Source: Candidatus Krumholzibacteriia bacterium (GTDB lineage: Bacteria > Krumholzibacteriota > Krumholzibacteriia > LZORAL124-64-63). Taken from it: a DNA stretch of 47,283 nucleotides. Under the pieces are notes generated by a model. That model saw only the letters and a program-made list of their open reading frames with translations, was not told where the DNA came from and did no database searches. This document shows positions 20,894-29,670 of the stretch, piece by piece. Where the stretch lies: the NCBI GenBank assembly GCA_036351155.1, contig JAZBOO010000026.1, positions 1 through 47,283 on the forward strand, given 5' to 3'. Made by a program: the position numbers and the translations under genes. The number at the start of each line of letters is the position of its first letter. Position 1 is the first letter of the stretch.

Positions 20894-21505
20894 TCAAACG
20901 CCGGGCTTCAAACCATTCATGCGCATTTCGACCAGAGTTTCGATGACCTCGCTGCGTGTGGCCGCCTGGGGATTGCGCCCCCACCAGCCCAGCACCTCGA
21001 CCAGGATGCCCACCATGGCGCGCGCCACCAGTCCCGAATGGATATCTCCGCGATAGTACCCGGCGGAAATGCCCGCCATCAGGCCATTCTCCTGGCTTTT
21101 CAAAAGGAAGGCGTGGGCCTCGCGACCGGCGGGAGTTCCCAGGTTGGCCGGGTCAAACAGGACAGCCGCCAGGTGGGGAAAGCGATGGGTGAAATCGGCC
21201 AGGGCCTCCATCTTGGTGCGGACCAGGTCGGGCCCCGACAGGGAGCCGGTCGGTTGCTTGCCCAGTTCCTGTTTCAGCCGCGTCAAGGCGGTTTTCAGGA
21301 CCTCCTTGAGGAGGCCGTCCTTGTCCTTGAAGTGGAGGTAGATGGTGCCGACGGCCACGCCGGCGGCCTCGGCTATGACTTTTGTTGTGGTTGACTTACT
21401 ACCACTTTCCGCAAAAAGCCGGGCGGCCTCCGTCAAGATCCTGGCCCGGGTGGCCTGCTGGCTCCTTTCCCGGGCGTTGGTGGTTTTTTCGGGCTGGCCT
21501 TCCAA
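20894..21505 (-). CDS. TetR/AcrR family regulator
   Basis: IAEAAGVAVGTIYLHFKDK HTH; TTG start after AGGAGG. Confidence 0.9.
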   Translation of the reverse strand: MEGQPEKTTNARERSQQATRARILTEAARLFAESGSKSTTTKVIAEAAGVAVGTIYLHFKDKDGLLKEVLKTALTRLKQELGKQPTGSLSGPDLVRTKMEALADFTHRFPHLAAVLFDPANLGTPAGREAHAFLLKSQENGLMAGISAGYYRGDIHSGLVARAMVGILVEVLGWWGRNPQAATRSEVIETLVEMRMNGLKPGV

Positions 21506-21516
21506 TATCTTCCTCC

Positions 21517-21597
21517 TGAAAGAGGTTACTTTCACTGAATGTAGTTTAATTCAGCTTGGGGGTCCCTGTCAACTTCCAATGAATGAAGTTCTTTTCA
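21517..21597. promoter_or_regulatory. Three TGAA-N10-TTCA operator boxes over the tetR promoter
   Basis: Boxes at 21517-21534, 21536-21553 and 21580-21597. Minus-strand TTGACA at 21572-21567 and TAAACT at 21548-21543. Confidence 0.6.
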
Positions 21598-21655
21598 GTC
21601 AAAAGAGGGCGATTTGGGTGTTGACGACAGAGCTCTCGTACTGTAGGTTCATATT

Positions 21656-21768
21656 GCTAACCAGCTGAAAATGTGTGCAACAGCTTGAAAAGAAGAACTT
21701 TAGGTAAGAGCGCCATATTTTGGTCTGGAGAGCGTCCGGGGGGCACGCTAGCTGCTCCCCTTTCTTCT
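21656..21768 (+). ncRNA. Candidate small RNA (about 110 nt)
   Basis: Promoter TTGACG(21621)-17-TAGGTT(21644); terminator GGGGGGCA...TGCTCCCC-TTTCTT (21738-21768); both flanking genes are on the minus strand; no credible ORF. Confidence 0.45.
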
Positions 21769-21797
21769 GTGTTTGAAAGAAATCCCCTGCCTCAGAA

Positions 21798-22829
21798 TCA
21801 ATCGTCTTGATCGTGCCTCACCACGAACTGCAGGCCATTCTGTTCCTCGTCCCCATCATCCGGATCTTCCGGACCTTCCGGATCTTCCGGATCCACCGCA
21901 CCGGCGGGGGGGACTACAGGCTCAGGGGGAACGGGCGTCGGTTCCGGCACCACACCCTGGAGAGCTTCCTCGGCTCCGGCGGCGAATTCTTCGACCGTAG
22001 CGGGAACGTCCTCCGGCATCTCTTCCAGTGTCTCGGGAACGTCCTCCGGCATCACCTCGACGGGGGATTCCACCTCCGGCATCTTGACGGTGGTGGGCCG
22101 ACAGGCGAGATCAAATGGTCCGGCCAGGATACTGGCCATGGCCGGGTCATCGCCCCACCAGCCACAGGGGAATTCTGCGCCTTCGGGTCGATTGAACTGT
22201 GCCACCAACCATCGTTTGCGATCGGCAATCATGTGCAACCAGGGGAGGTCCGGTGTGTCAAAATCCCCAGTGTTCATGGGCACGAGAGTATTTTCAGCCA
22301 GGGCCACCCCACTTTTTTCGGCACCCAGAAAGCGCACCCGGCAATTGCTCACCGAGGCCAGGTCACCGAAGTCCCGCGCCAGGTAATCCATCACATCCCG
22401 GCTGGCGTAGATCAGCAGCTCGGACTGGCAGGACTTCAGAAGCAAGGCCGCCTGATCCAGCGCCTGCTGGTTGTTGCGCAAGGAGAGGGTCATACCCGAG
22501 GGTGGGTCCAGCTCGTAATCCCGCAGCTGGGTCACCAGATCGTCGCCCACTTCTTTCAGTCGGCTCAGGACGGTCTCGGTGAATTCGGCCACCGGCACCG
22601 GAAGATAAAGTCGGGGCTTGTCCTGAACACTCCGGACCGCGCCTTGGCGTTCGAGGGCCGTCAGGGTTTTGCCCAGGTTGGCGGGGTCCTTGCCCAGGGC
22701 CTGGGCCACCTTGTAAGCGCTGACGGGCCCCTGAGCCGCTTCCTGGAGGGTAGCCAGGTAAGTCCCGGCCTCGGTGGACGTCATCCCCAGCTTCTTGAAT
22801 TGCTCGATGGCAGGCGTCAAATCAGCCAT
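21798..22829 (-). CDS. TrmB family transcriptional regulator with acidic low-complexity tail
   Basis: LGMTSTEAGTYLATL...SAYKVAQALG..L.ALERQGAV...PRLY.P wHTH; AGGAGG RBS. Confidence 0.8.
   Translation of the reverse strand: MADLTPAIEQFKKLGMTSTEAGTYLATLQEAAQGPVSAYKVAQALGKDPANLGKTLTALERQGAVRSVQDKPRLYLPVPVAEFTETVLSRLKEVGDDLVTQLRDYELDPPSGMTLSLRNNQQALDQAALLLKSCQSELLIYASRDVMDYLARDFGDLASVSNCRVRFLGAEKSGVALAENTLVPMNTGDFDTPDLPWLHMIADRKRWLVAQFNRPEGAEFPCGWWGDDPAMASILAGPFDLACRPTTVKMPEVESPVEVMPEDVPETLEEMPEDVPATVEEFAAGAEEALQGVVPEPTPVPPEPVVPPAGAVDPEDPEGPEDPDDGDEEQNGLQFVVRHDQDD
22001..22053. repeat. Intragenic direct repeat (20 bp x2, 33-bp period)
   Basis: CGGGAACGTCCTCCGGCATC at 22001 and 22034 encodes MPEDVP twice. 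A 9-bp tandem (TCCGGATCT-like) also occurs at about 21859-21895. Confidence 0.7.
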
Positions 22830-23033
22830 GAGTCCCTCCTGGTGGATTGTGGTTCTCCTACAACAAGAAATATCTTGGGGTTTTGAGTCCTCAGGGTCAA
22901 GCTTTTTCATCCTGGGGATGGTTCCCCCACCTGCGGGTCCGCTTTTCCCAGGTTGTACTTTGGCGGGGTTTGATTATCCTTGCGACCGATTAACGACCGT
23001 TTCCCACTCCGGATAGTTTCCGAAAGAGATGCC

Positions 23034-24857
23034 ATGCAGATCAGAAATGTCGCCATCATTGCCCACGTCGACCACGGCAAAACCACGCTGGTTGATCAGA
23101 TCCTCCGCCAGTGCAACGTGTTTCGCCAGGGGCAAGAGGTTCAGGAGCGGATCATGGACTCCAACGACCTCGAGCGGGAGCGTGGCATCACCATCACGTC
23201 CAAGAATTTTGCGGTGACCTACAAGGACACCCGGATCAATCTGATCGACACTCCGGGGCACGCCGATTTTGGCGGCGAGGTGGAGCGGGTTCTGAAAATG
23301 GCCGATGGCGTGCTGCTGCTGGTCGATGCCTTCGAAGGCCCCATGCCCCAGACCCGCTTCGTCCTGCAGAAGGCCATGCAGCTGAACTTGAAACCGGTGG
23401 TGGTGATCAACAAGGTTGACCGTCAGGGCGCACGTCCCGACGAGGTTCTGGATGAGATCTTCAATCTCTTCGTGGAGCTGGAAGCCAATGATGATCAGCT
23501 AGACTTCCGTGGGGTGTATGCGGCCGGCCGGGACGGCTGGGCCGTGGGAGAGCTGGATGATCCACGAGAAAACCTTTTTCCACTGCTGGACATGATCATT
23601 TCCCATGTGCCCGCCCCCGTGGTCCAGGAAGGCCCGCTGCAGATGCTGGTCGCGGCCATGGACCACAGCGATTACGTGGGGCGCATCGGTGTGGGGCGGA
23701 TTGTGCGAGGGAGCCTCAGGGCCAAGCAGCCCGTGGTGCTTCTCAAGCGGGATGGCAGTGAAGTCAAGACCCAGGCTCGGCAGATCTATGTGTTCGACAA
23801 CCTGGGTAAGGCGGAAGTGAAGGAAGTGCATTGTGGGGACATCTGTGCGGTGGTGGGCCTGGAGAAGGTGGACATCGGCGACACCCTGGCCGATGCGGAA
23901 TTTCCCGAACCCTTGCCCCTCATTGCTGTGGACGATCCCACTCTGAACATGAGCTTCATGAGCAACGACAGCCCCGGCTACGGCCAGGAGGGCAAGTACG
24001 TGACCAGCCGCCAGGTGAGGGAGCGGCTTCTCAAGGCTTCCGAGCGGGACGTGGCCCTGCGGGTCGAGGACACCAGCAGCGCCGACACGTTCAAGGTCTC
24101 GGGCCGCGGCATCCTGCACCTGTCGATCTTGATCGAGAACATGCGTCGCGAGGGCTTCGAATTCATGGTGGGACAACCGCAGGTGATCTACAAGGAGATC
24201 GGTGGCAAGAAGGCCGAACCCGTGGAAGTGCTGACCGTGGATGTGCCGTCAGAACTGGCCGGTACCGTCATCGAGTTCGCCGCCACCCGCAAGGGCGAAA
24301 TGGTGAGCATGGAGCAGCGCGAGGGGCGCACCTTGCTGGAGTTCCACATTCCCAGTCGCGGGCTGATTGGCTTTCGCAGCCGGATGCTGCGCGCCACGGC
24401 CGGTGAAATTGTCATGTACCACCGGTTCCACCAGTACGAGTACTTCAAGGGCTCGATCCCCGAGCGAACCAACGGCAGCATCATCAGCATGCATCCCGGC
24501 AAGGCGGTGGCTTTTGCTCTCGACGCATTGCAGGACCGCGGAGTGTTTTTCATCGAACCGGGCGAGAACCTGTACACCGGACAGATCATTGGAGAGTACA
24601 TCAAGGACGATGACCTGGTGGTGAACGCTCAGAAAGCCAAACAGCTGAGCAACATGCGAGCCTCCGGTACGGATCGTAAAATGCGGATTGCCCCGCCCCT
24701 GAAAATGAGCCTGGAAGATGCGCTGGAGTATTTGAACCATGACGAGTACGTGGAAGTGACGCCGAAGTCCATCCGGCTGCGCAAGTCCCTGCTGGACGAG
24801 AATGACCGCAAGAAGGCCGCCAAGCGGGCCAAGCTGTCTGACGGGTCCGACGAGTAA
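23034..24857 (+). CDS. typA: Translational GTPase TypA/BipA
   Basis: [41 protein letters not shown] and [11 protein letters not shown] motifs. Confidence 0.97.
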   Translation: MQIRNVAIIAHVDHGKTTLVDQILRQCNVFRQGQEVQERIMDSNDLERERGITITSKNFAVTYKDTRINLIDTPGHADFGGEVERVLKMADGVLLLVDAFEGPMPQTRFVLQKAMQLNLKPVVVINKVDRQGARPDEVLDEIFNLFVELEANDDQLDFRGVYAAGRDGWAVGELDDPRENLFPLLDMIISHVPAPVVQEGPLQMLVAAMDHSDYVGRIGVGRIVRGSLRAKQPVVLLKRDGSEVKTQARQIYVFDNLGKAEVKEVHCGDICAVVGLEKVDIGDTLADAEFPEPLPLIAVDDPTLNMSFMSNDSPGYGQEGKYVTSRQVRERLLKASERDVALRVEDTSSADTFKVSGRGILHLSILIENMRREGFEFMVGQPQVIYKEIGGKKAEPVEVLTVDVPSELAGTVIEFAATRKGEMVSMEQREGRTLLEFHIPSRGLIGFRSRMLRATAGEIVMYHRFHQYEYFKGSIPERTNGSIISMHPGKAVAFALDALQDRGVFFIEPGENLYTGQIIGEYIKDDDLVVNAQKAKQLSNMRASGTDRKMRIAPPLKMSLEDALEYLNHDEYVEVTPKSIRLRKSLLDENDRKKAAKRAKLSDGSDE

Positions 24858-24880
24858 AAAACCCGAGGAAGGAAACCGCC

Positions 24881-25189
24881 ATGGTCCTGCTGGAATTCTC
24901 TCTGTACCCGACCGACAAGGGTGTCAGCGTCAGCGATTACGTGAAGCGCAACCTGGAGATCATTGACGACAGCGGACTACCCTATCGCCTGGGCCCCATG
25001 GGCACCTGCCTGGAGGGGGAGTGGGACGAGGTCATGGCCGTGGTCACGCGCTGCTACGAGCGCATGAATGAGGACTGTGATCGCATCGCCTGTCAGATCA
25101 AGATCGATGCGCGCAAGGGACACAGCGGGCGTCTGGAAAGCAAGGTGCAGACCTTGAAGGACAAGACCGGCCGCGACCTGGCCACATAG
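24881..25189 (+). CDS. MTH1187 family thiamine-binding protein
   Basis: EFSLYP...SVSDYV...SGLPYRLGPMGTCLEGEWDEV signature. Confidence 0.88.
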   Translation: MVLLEFSLYPTDKGVSVSDYVKRNLEIIDDSGLPYRLGPMGTCLEGEWDEVMAVVTRCYERMNEDCDRIACQIKIDARKGHSGRLESKVQTLKDKTGRDLAT

Positions 25190-25199
25190 GATCGTCTGT

Positions 25200-26171
25200 A
25201 TGCTTGTCGATCTTCAACCACCCGTGTGGGCTACCCATTTTCTGAGCGACCTGACCGACTGGCGCAAGGGACCGGTGCCCGTATCCGAGATGGCGCCCTT
25301 CACCATTCCCGACGACGCATACTTCGAATACGCCTACCAGGATGCCGAGGGTGAGAAGCGCCCCGACCCCGCCAACCATGCCCCTCGCTTGAATCCCTGG
25401 TGGCCTCATGCTTGCCATGTGGCCGGGCCGCTTTATCGGCCGGACCGCTGGGCCATGCTGCCGGACCGCCGGCCCCAGGGGCGCGTCCTTCGCCTGGACG
25501 TTGAGTCGCGCCTCCTGGGTCAGTCCCGGAGGGTCCTGGTGTACTCGCCGGCCGGGCTGGCGGACCAGTCGCTGCCGGTGATTCTCTTCCAGGACGGCAA
25601 GGCCTACTTCGGCTGGGGCAAGGTTCCCCAGGTGATGGACGCTTTGCTGGCGGCGGGCAAGATCGTTCCGGCCCATCTGATATTTTTGCCACCCCAGGAG
25701 CGCACCGCAGAGTACGCCTTCAATGCCCAGTACCGAAAATTTATTGTAGAAGAATTACTACAAGAAATTGATGGGCGTGTTCCTGGCAATGGCCGCCGCG
25801 TTGCGTGGGGGGCCAGCCTGGGCGGACTGCTGAGCGCCTACCTGGGATGGGAGCACTCTGATCTCTTCCAGAAAGTGGTGACCCAGTCGGGTGCGTACCT
25901 TTTCTCCGAGGACATGGACCTGGACAATCCCTTCGCCGGGGGTGAGTCGTTTCTGGAGCGCATCCGTCGCGAAGAACCGCCGCACCTGTCCTGGCATCTT
26001 CAGTGCGGATCCCTGGAATGGCTGACCGAGAGTAATCAACGAGTGGTGGATGCCCTGCGAGCCAAGGGGGTTCCGGTCCAATGGCAGCTGCGCAATGCCG
26101 GACACAACTGGGTCAACTGGAAGAACGGATTGGCCGCGGGTCTGGAGTTCGCTCTGGGGACGGGAACGTAG
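25200..26171 (+). CDS. Esterase (enterochelin-esterase-like alpha/beta hydrolase)
   Basis: RRVLVYSP, LFQDG, GASLGG nucleophile elbow and GHNW motifs. Confidence 0.85.
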   Translation: MLVDLQPPVWATHFLSDLTDWRKGPVPVSEMAPFTIPDDAYFEYAYQDAEGEKRPDPANHAPRLNPWWPHACHVAGPLYRPDRWAMLPDRRPQGRVLRLDVESRLLGQSRRVLVYSPAGLADQSLPVILFQDGKAYFGWGKVPQVMDALLAAGKIVPAHLIFLPPQERTAEYAFNAQYRKFIVEELLQEIDGRVPGNGRRVAWGASLGGLLSAYLGWEHSDLFQKVVTQSGAYLFSEDMDLDNPFAGGESFLERIRREEPPHLSWHLQCGSLEWLTESNQRVVDALRAKGVPVQWQLRNAGHNWVNWKNGLAAGLEFALGTGT

Positions 26172-26177
26172 AACTTC

Positions 26178-26215
26178 AAAAACAACAGGCGCCCCGGAAG
26201 GAGCGCCTGCTGTCT
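26178..26215. terminator. Terminator between convergent esterase and dinB-family genes
   Basis: CAGGCGC...GCGCCTG stem preceded by an A-tract (a U-tract on the minus strand). Confidence 0.65.
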
Positions 26216-26230
26216 TCTGATCTGGTGCTG

Positions 26231-26704
26231 CTACTCGCTGTAGGGGATAGGCGGGGCGTAGCCCAGCAGGCGGGCATAAACTGCCAGCGACCCCCGATGA
26301 TGCGCCGTATGTTCGGCAATGGCCGCAATGATGGCCGCCCGGGGCTCCCCGGGCATGATGGGGCCGTGGGCAATGGGGCGCATCATGTCTTCCGGGGTCT
26401 TGGTCGCCAGGACCTCGGCCGCATTGTCCACAGCCTTGGCCAGCCAGAGCAGGCTCTCACTCAGGCTGGTGTGCTGGCGGACCGCATGGTGGTGGGCCGC
26501 GAAATCCAGGTCGAAGCCTTTTTCGCTGAAGCCTCCCTCCATGAACCAGTCGATGGTCTGGGCCACGTGAGCCACCTGCTGGGCCACCGTGAACATGCCC
26601 GGATCAGGTGTGAACCCCGAGTCTTCTTCCTTGAATACACTGCAGGTCCGGCTCAGGAACTGGAGTGCCTGCTTGATGGGAACAGCGTAGGCGTTTTCGG
26701 CCAT
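26231..26704 (-). CDS. DinB family protein
   Basis: QQVAHVA and EHTAHHRGSL.VYARLLG motifs; GGAGG RBS before MAENA. Confidence 0.88.
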   Translation of the reverse strand: MAENAYAVPIKQALQFLSRTCSVFKEEDSGFTPDPGMFTVAQQVAHVAQTIDWFMEGGFSEKGFDLDFAAHHHAVRQHTSLSESLLWLAKAVDNAAEVLATKTPEDMMRPIAHGPIMPGEPRAAIIAAIAEHTAHHRGSLAVYARLLGYAPPIPYSE

Positions 26705-26861
26705 TTTCAATCCTCCGGAATGGGGCCGATGATTGCTGGGGCACTCCCAGCGTGTCCGGCCAATGATTCCTGCGTCACGGCGGGAATTGTACTGCCGTGA
26801 CAGGGGCTTGTCACCATTAACCTGTGCACTTATTTGAAGTTGTTTAGACCCTGGCTCCTGC

Positions 26862-26890
26862 TTGACTCGCCTTTGGCCGGGGCCTAGCTT
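26862..26890 (+). promoter_or_regulatory. Putative sigma70 promoter of the saccharopine operon
   Basis: TTGACT-17-TAGCTT. Confidence 0.5.
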
Positions 26891-26969
26891 ATGCGAGGCA
26901 AGATCACTGGCCAGGTGAGGAGAATCCCTCGTTTGGCCCGGAAATGGTACCTCGGGCAGAGGAGACAAC

Positions 26970-28295
26970 ATGGGCGTGATCATCGGGATTCGCAGGGAAG
27001 ACAAGAACGAGTGGGAACGCCGGGTTCCCCTGGTGCCCGATGATCTGAGCCATCTCCAGGAAACCGAGGACGTGACCTTCCTGGTTCAACCTTCCGACAT
27101 CCGGATCCATGCGGACGACGAGTACCTTCAAAAGGGGATCACCGTCCAGGAAGACCTCGGCCCCGCCGACATCGTTTTTGCGGTGAAGGAAATTCCCATC
27201 AGCGAGCTCCTGGGCCCCCGGACCTTCGTGTACTTCAGTCACACGGTCAAGGGCCAGGACTACAACATGCCCATGTTGCAGCACCTGCTGGACCAGGGCG
27301 CGACACTCATGGATTACGAGAAGATCGCCGACGAACAGAATCGTCGGCTGATTTTTTTCAGCCTTCATGCCGGGTACGCCGGCATGATCGAAAGCCTGGT
27401 CTGCCTGGCACAGCGACTGGCTTATCTGGGGCGGCGCACGCCCCTGCTTCAGGTCAAGCATGCCTACGAGTATCCCAGCCTGGAGGCGGCCAAGGAGCAT
27501 TTGCGCGAGATCGGCCAGCGGATTTCTGCCGAGGGGCTGGGCGACCACAAGATGCCCCTGATCATTGGCCTGGCCGGGTACGGCAACGTCTATCACGGGT
27601 GCCGGGAAATCCTGGACTGCCTGCCCTGCCGCGACATTCCGGTGGATCAGCTGGCGGAGGCCGCCGGCTGGAACCTGGAAGAGGCGGGACCTCTGCTGAC
27701 GGTCGTGTTCAAGGAAAAGGACATGGTGGTGCCGCGGTCGCCCGAGGCCCACTTCGTGCTTCAGGACTACTACCAGCGCCCGGAAAATTACCGGGGAATT
27801 TTTGCGGACCATCTGCCGCATCTCGATGTGCTGATGAACACCATCTACTGGAACACCCAGTATCCGCGGCTGGTGACCCGCAAGTGGGTGGCGGAAAACT
27901 ACGGGCCGGATCGGGATCCCCGCCTGAAGGTGATCGGCGATATCAGCTGCGACATCGAAGGCGGCATCGAGGTGACCTTGAAGGCACCCCATCCCGACGC
28001 CCCCTGCTTTGTCTATGATCCGAAAACCGGGCGGACCCTGGACGGGGTCGAAGGCACGGGCCCGGTGATCATGTCCGTGGACAACCTGCCCTGCGAATTG
28101 CCCCGCGAATCTTCCCAGCATTTCAGCACCACCTTGAAGGCCATGATCCCCGACTTCGTCAAGGCGGACTTCAGCCTGGATTTCGATAGCCTCAATTTGC
28201 CCTCGTACCTCAAAAAGGCGGTCATCACTCACCAGGGCTCCCTGGCCCCAGATTACCGCTACCTCCAGGAGTCTCTGGACAAGGAGCTCGGATGA
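26970..28295 (+). CDS. Lysine-2-oxoglutarate reductase (LKR domain of AASS; AlaDH/PNT fold)
   Basis: GIRREDKNEWERRVPL, VKE, FSHTVKGQ, DYE, DISCDIEG and VDNLPCELP motifs, matching the eukaryotic AASS LKR domain. Confidence 0.88.
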   Translation: MGVIIGIRREDKNEWERRVPLVPDDLSHLQETEDVTFLVQPSDIRIHADDEYLQKGITVQEDLGPADIVFAVKEIPISELLGPRTFVYFSHTVKGQDYNMPMLQHLLDQGATLMDYEKIADEQNRRLIFFSLHAGYAGMIESLVCLAQRLAYLGRRTPLLQVKHAYEYPSLEAAKEHLREIGQRISAEGLGDHKMPLIIGLAGYGNVYHGCREILDCLPCRDIPVDQLAEAAGWNLEEAGPLLTVVFKEKDMVVPRSPEAHFVLQDYYQRPENYRGIFADHLPHLDVLMNTIYWNTQYPRLVTRKWVAENYGPDRDPRLKVIGDISCDIEGGIEVTLKAPHPDAPCFVYDPKTGRTLDGVEGTGPVIMSVDNLPCELPRESSQHFSTTLKAMIPDFVKADFSLDFDSLNLPSYLKKAVITHQGSLAPDYRYLQESLDKELG

Positions 28296-29617
28296 AAAAA
28301 ATTCTCGTCCTCGGGGCCGGAATGGTTGCCGGACCCCTGGTCAGGTATCTGCTTGATCGCGGGTACCAGCTGACGGTCACCAGCCTCGAGCTGGAGGATG
28401 GTCTCAAGTTGGTTGATGGGCATGAGAATGCCACGGCCATGACCCTGGATCTGGATGACGCTGAAGTTCTGGGGCCACTGATTTTGGCCCATGATCTGGT
28501 GATCAGCCTGGTCCCCTATAGCTTCCATCCCCTGGTGGCCAAACACTGCCTGGAGCAAAAGAGAAACCTGATCACCGCCTCCTATGTGTCCAAGGAGATG
28601 GAAGCATTCGACGAGGAGGCCAAGGCACGCAATCTGGTCTTCCTGAATGAGATCGGCCTGGACCCCGGGATCGACCATATGTCGGCCATGCGGATCATCG
28701 ATGATGTCCATGATCGTGGTGGTAAGATCAGACATTTCGGTTCTTATTGCGGCGGTCTTCCGTCTCCCGAGGCCAACGACAACCCCTTTGGCTACAAGTT
28801 CAGCTGGGCTCCCCGGGGAGTGTTGCTGGCCAGCCGGAACGGGGCGCGCTACTGGCGGGACAACCATATTGTGGAGGTGGCCCCCGAGCGCCTCTTCCGT
28901 GACCTGAGGGTGTTGCATGTTCCGGGAGCCGGGGATTTCGAGGCCTATCCCAACCGTGATTCCCTGCTGTACAAGGATATTTACAAGCTCGACGATGAGG
29001 TGCGTTCCCTGTTCCGTGGTACGCTCCGATTCATCGGATGGTGCAACTCCATGTACCACTTTGTGGACCTCGGGTTGCTGGATACCGAACCCCGCGAGTC
29101 CAGGGGCATGACCTATGCCGATTTCATGCGCGACCTGCTGGGGTGCGGGCCGGAAGTCGATCTCCGCGTGGCCGCGGCCAAGCGGATGGGCATTCCTGCC
29201 GATTGCCTGCCCCCCTGGAATTTGCATTGGTTGGGAATGTTCAGTGATCGGCCCATCGGGAAAGACAGGATTTCTCCCCTGGATGCCCTGGGGGCGATCA
29301 TGCTGGAGAAGCTGGCCTACAAGCCCGGTGAACGCGACATGGTTGTGCTGTTCCACGAGTTCAAGGCCTGGTTTGCCGAGGATGATCACTACGAAAGATT
29401 GACCTCCACCCTGGTGGATCATGGTATTCCGTATGGCGACTCGTCCATGTCCCGGACGGTTTCACTGCCGGCGGCCATTGCTGCCCGCCTTATCCTGGAA
29501 GAGAAGATTCCTCAACGAGGCGTTCTGCGCCCCGTGCACCCCGAAATTTACAATCCCGTCCTCGATGAGCTGGCGGAACTGCATATCGTTTGTAAGGATG
29601 AAACGGTGGTTTACTAG
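28292..29617 (+). CDS. Saccharopine dehydrogenase (L-glutamate-forming, Lys9/AASS-SDH type)
   Basis: LGAGMVA, TASYVS, NEIGLDPGIDH, SYCGGLP, YKFSW, YPNRDS and RGTLR motifs; ATGA overlap with LKR. Confidence 0.92.
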   Translation: MKKILVLGAGMVAGPLVRYLLDRGYQLTVTSLELEDGLKLVDGHENATAMTLDLDDAEVLGPLILAHDLVISLVPYSFHPLVAKHCLEQKRNLITASYVSKEMEAFDEEAKARNLVFLNEIGLDPGIDHMSAMRIIDDVHDRGGKIRHFGSYCGGLPSPEANDNPFGYKFSWAPRGVLLASRNGARYWRDNHIVEVAPERLFRDLRVLHVPGAGDFEAYPNRDSLLYKDIYKLDDEVRSLFRGTLRFIGWCNSMYHFVDLGLLDTEPRESRGMTYADFMRDLLGCGPEVDLRVAAAKRMGIPADCLPPWNLHWLGMFSDRPIGKDRISPLDALGAIMLEKLAYKPGERDMVVLFHEFKAWFAEDDHYERLTSTLVDHGIPYGDSSMSRTVSLPAAIAARLILEEKIPQRGVLRPVHPEIYNPVLDELAELHIVCKDETVVY

Positions 29618-29670
29618 TTTCGCGGCGCCCAGCGTTGCGATGGTAACCCCTAAAATGGAGGCAAAGGAAA

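Noticed and set aside
21859..22053. Short direct repeats as a CRISPR array
   Set aside because: They are in-frame coding repeats with no spacer pattern and no cas genes.
26185..26210. CAGG...CCGGAAGGAGC resembles the SRP RNA domain IV loop
   Set aside because: It lacks the GCAGC internal loop and the long flanking helix, and is explained as a terminator between convergent genes.
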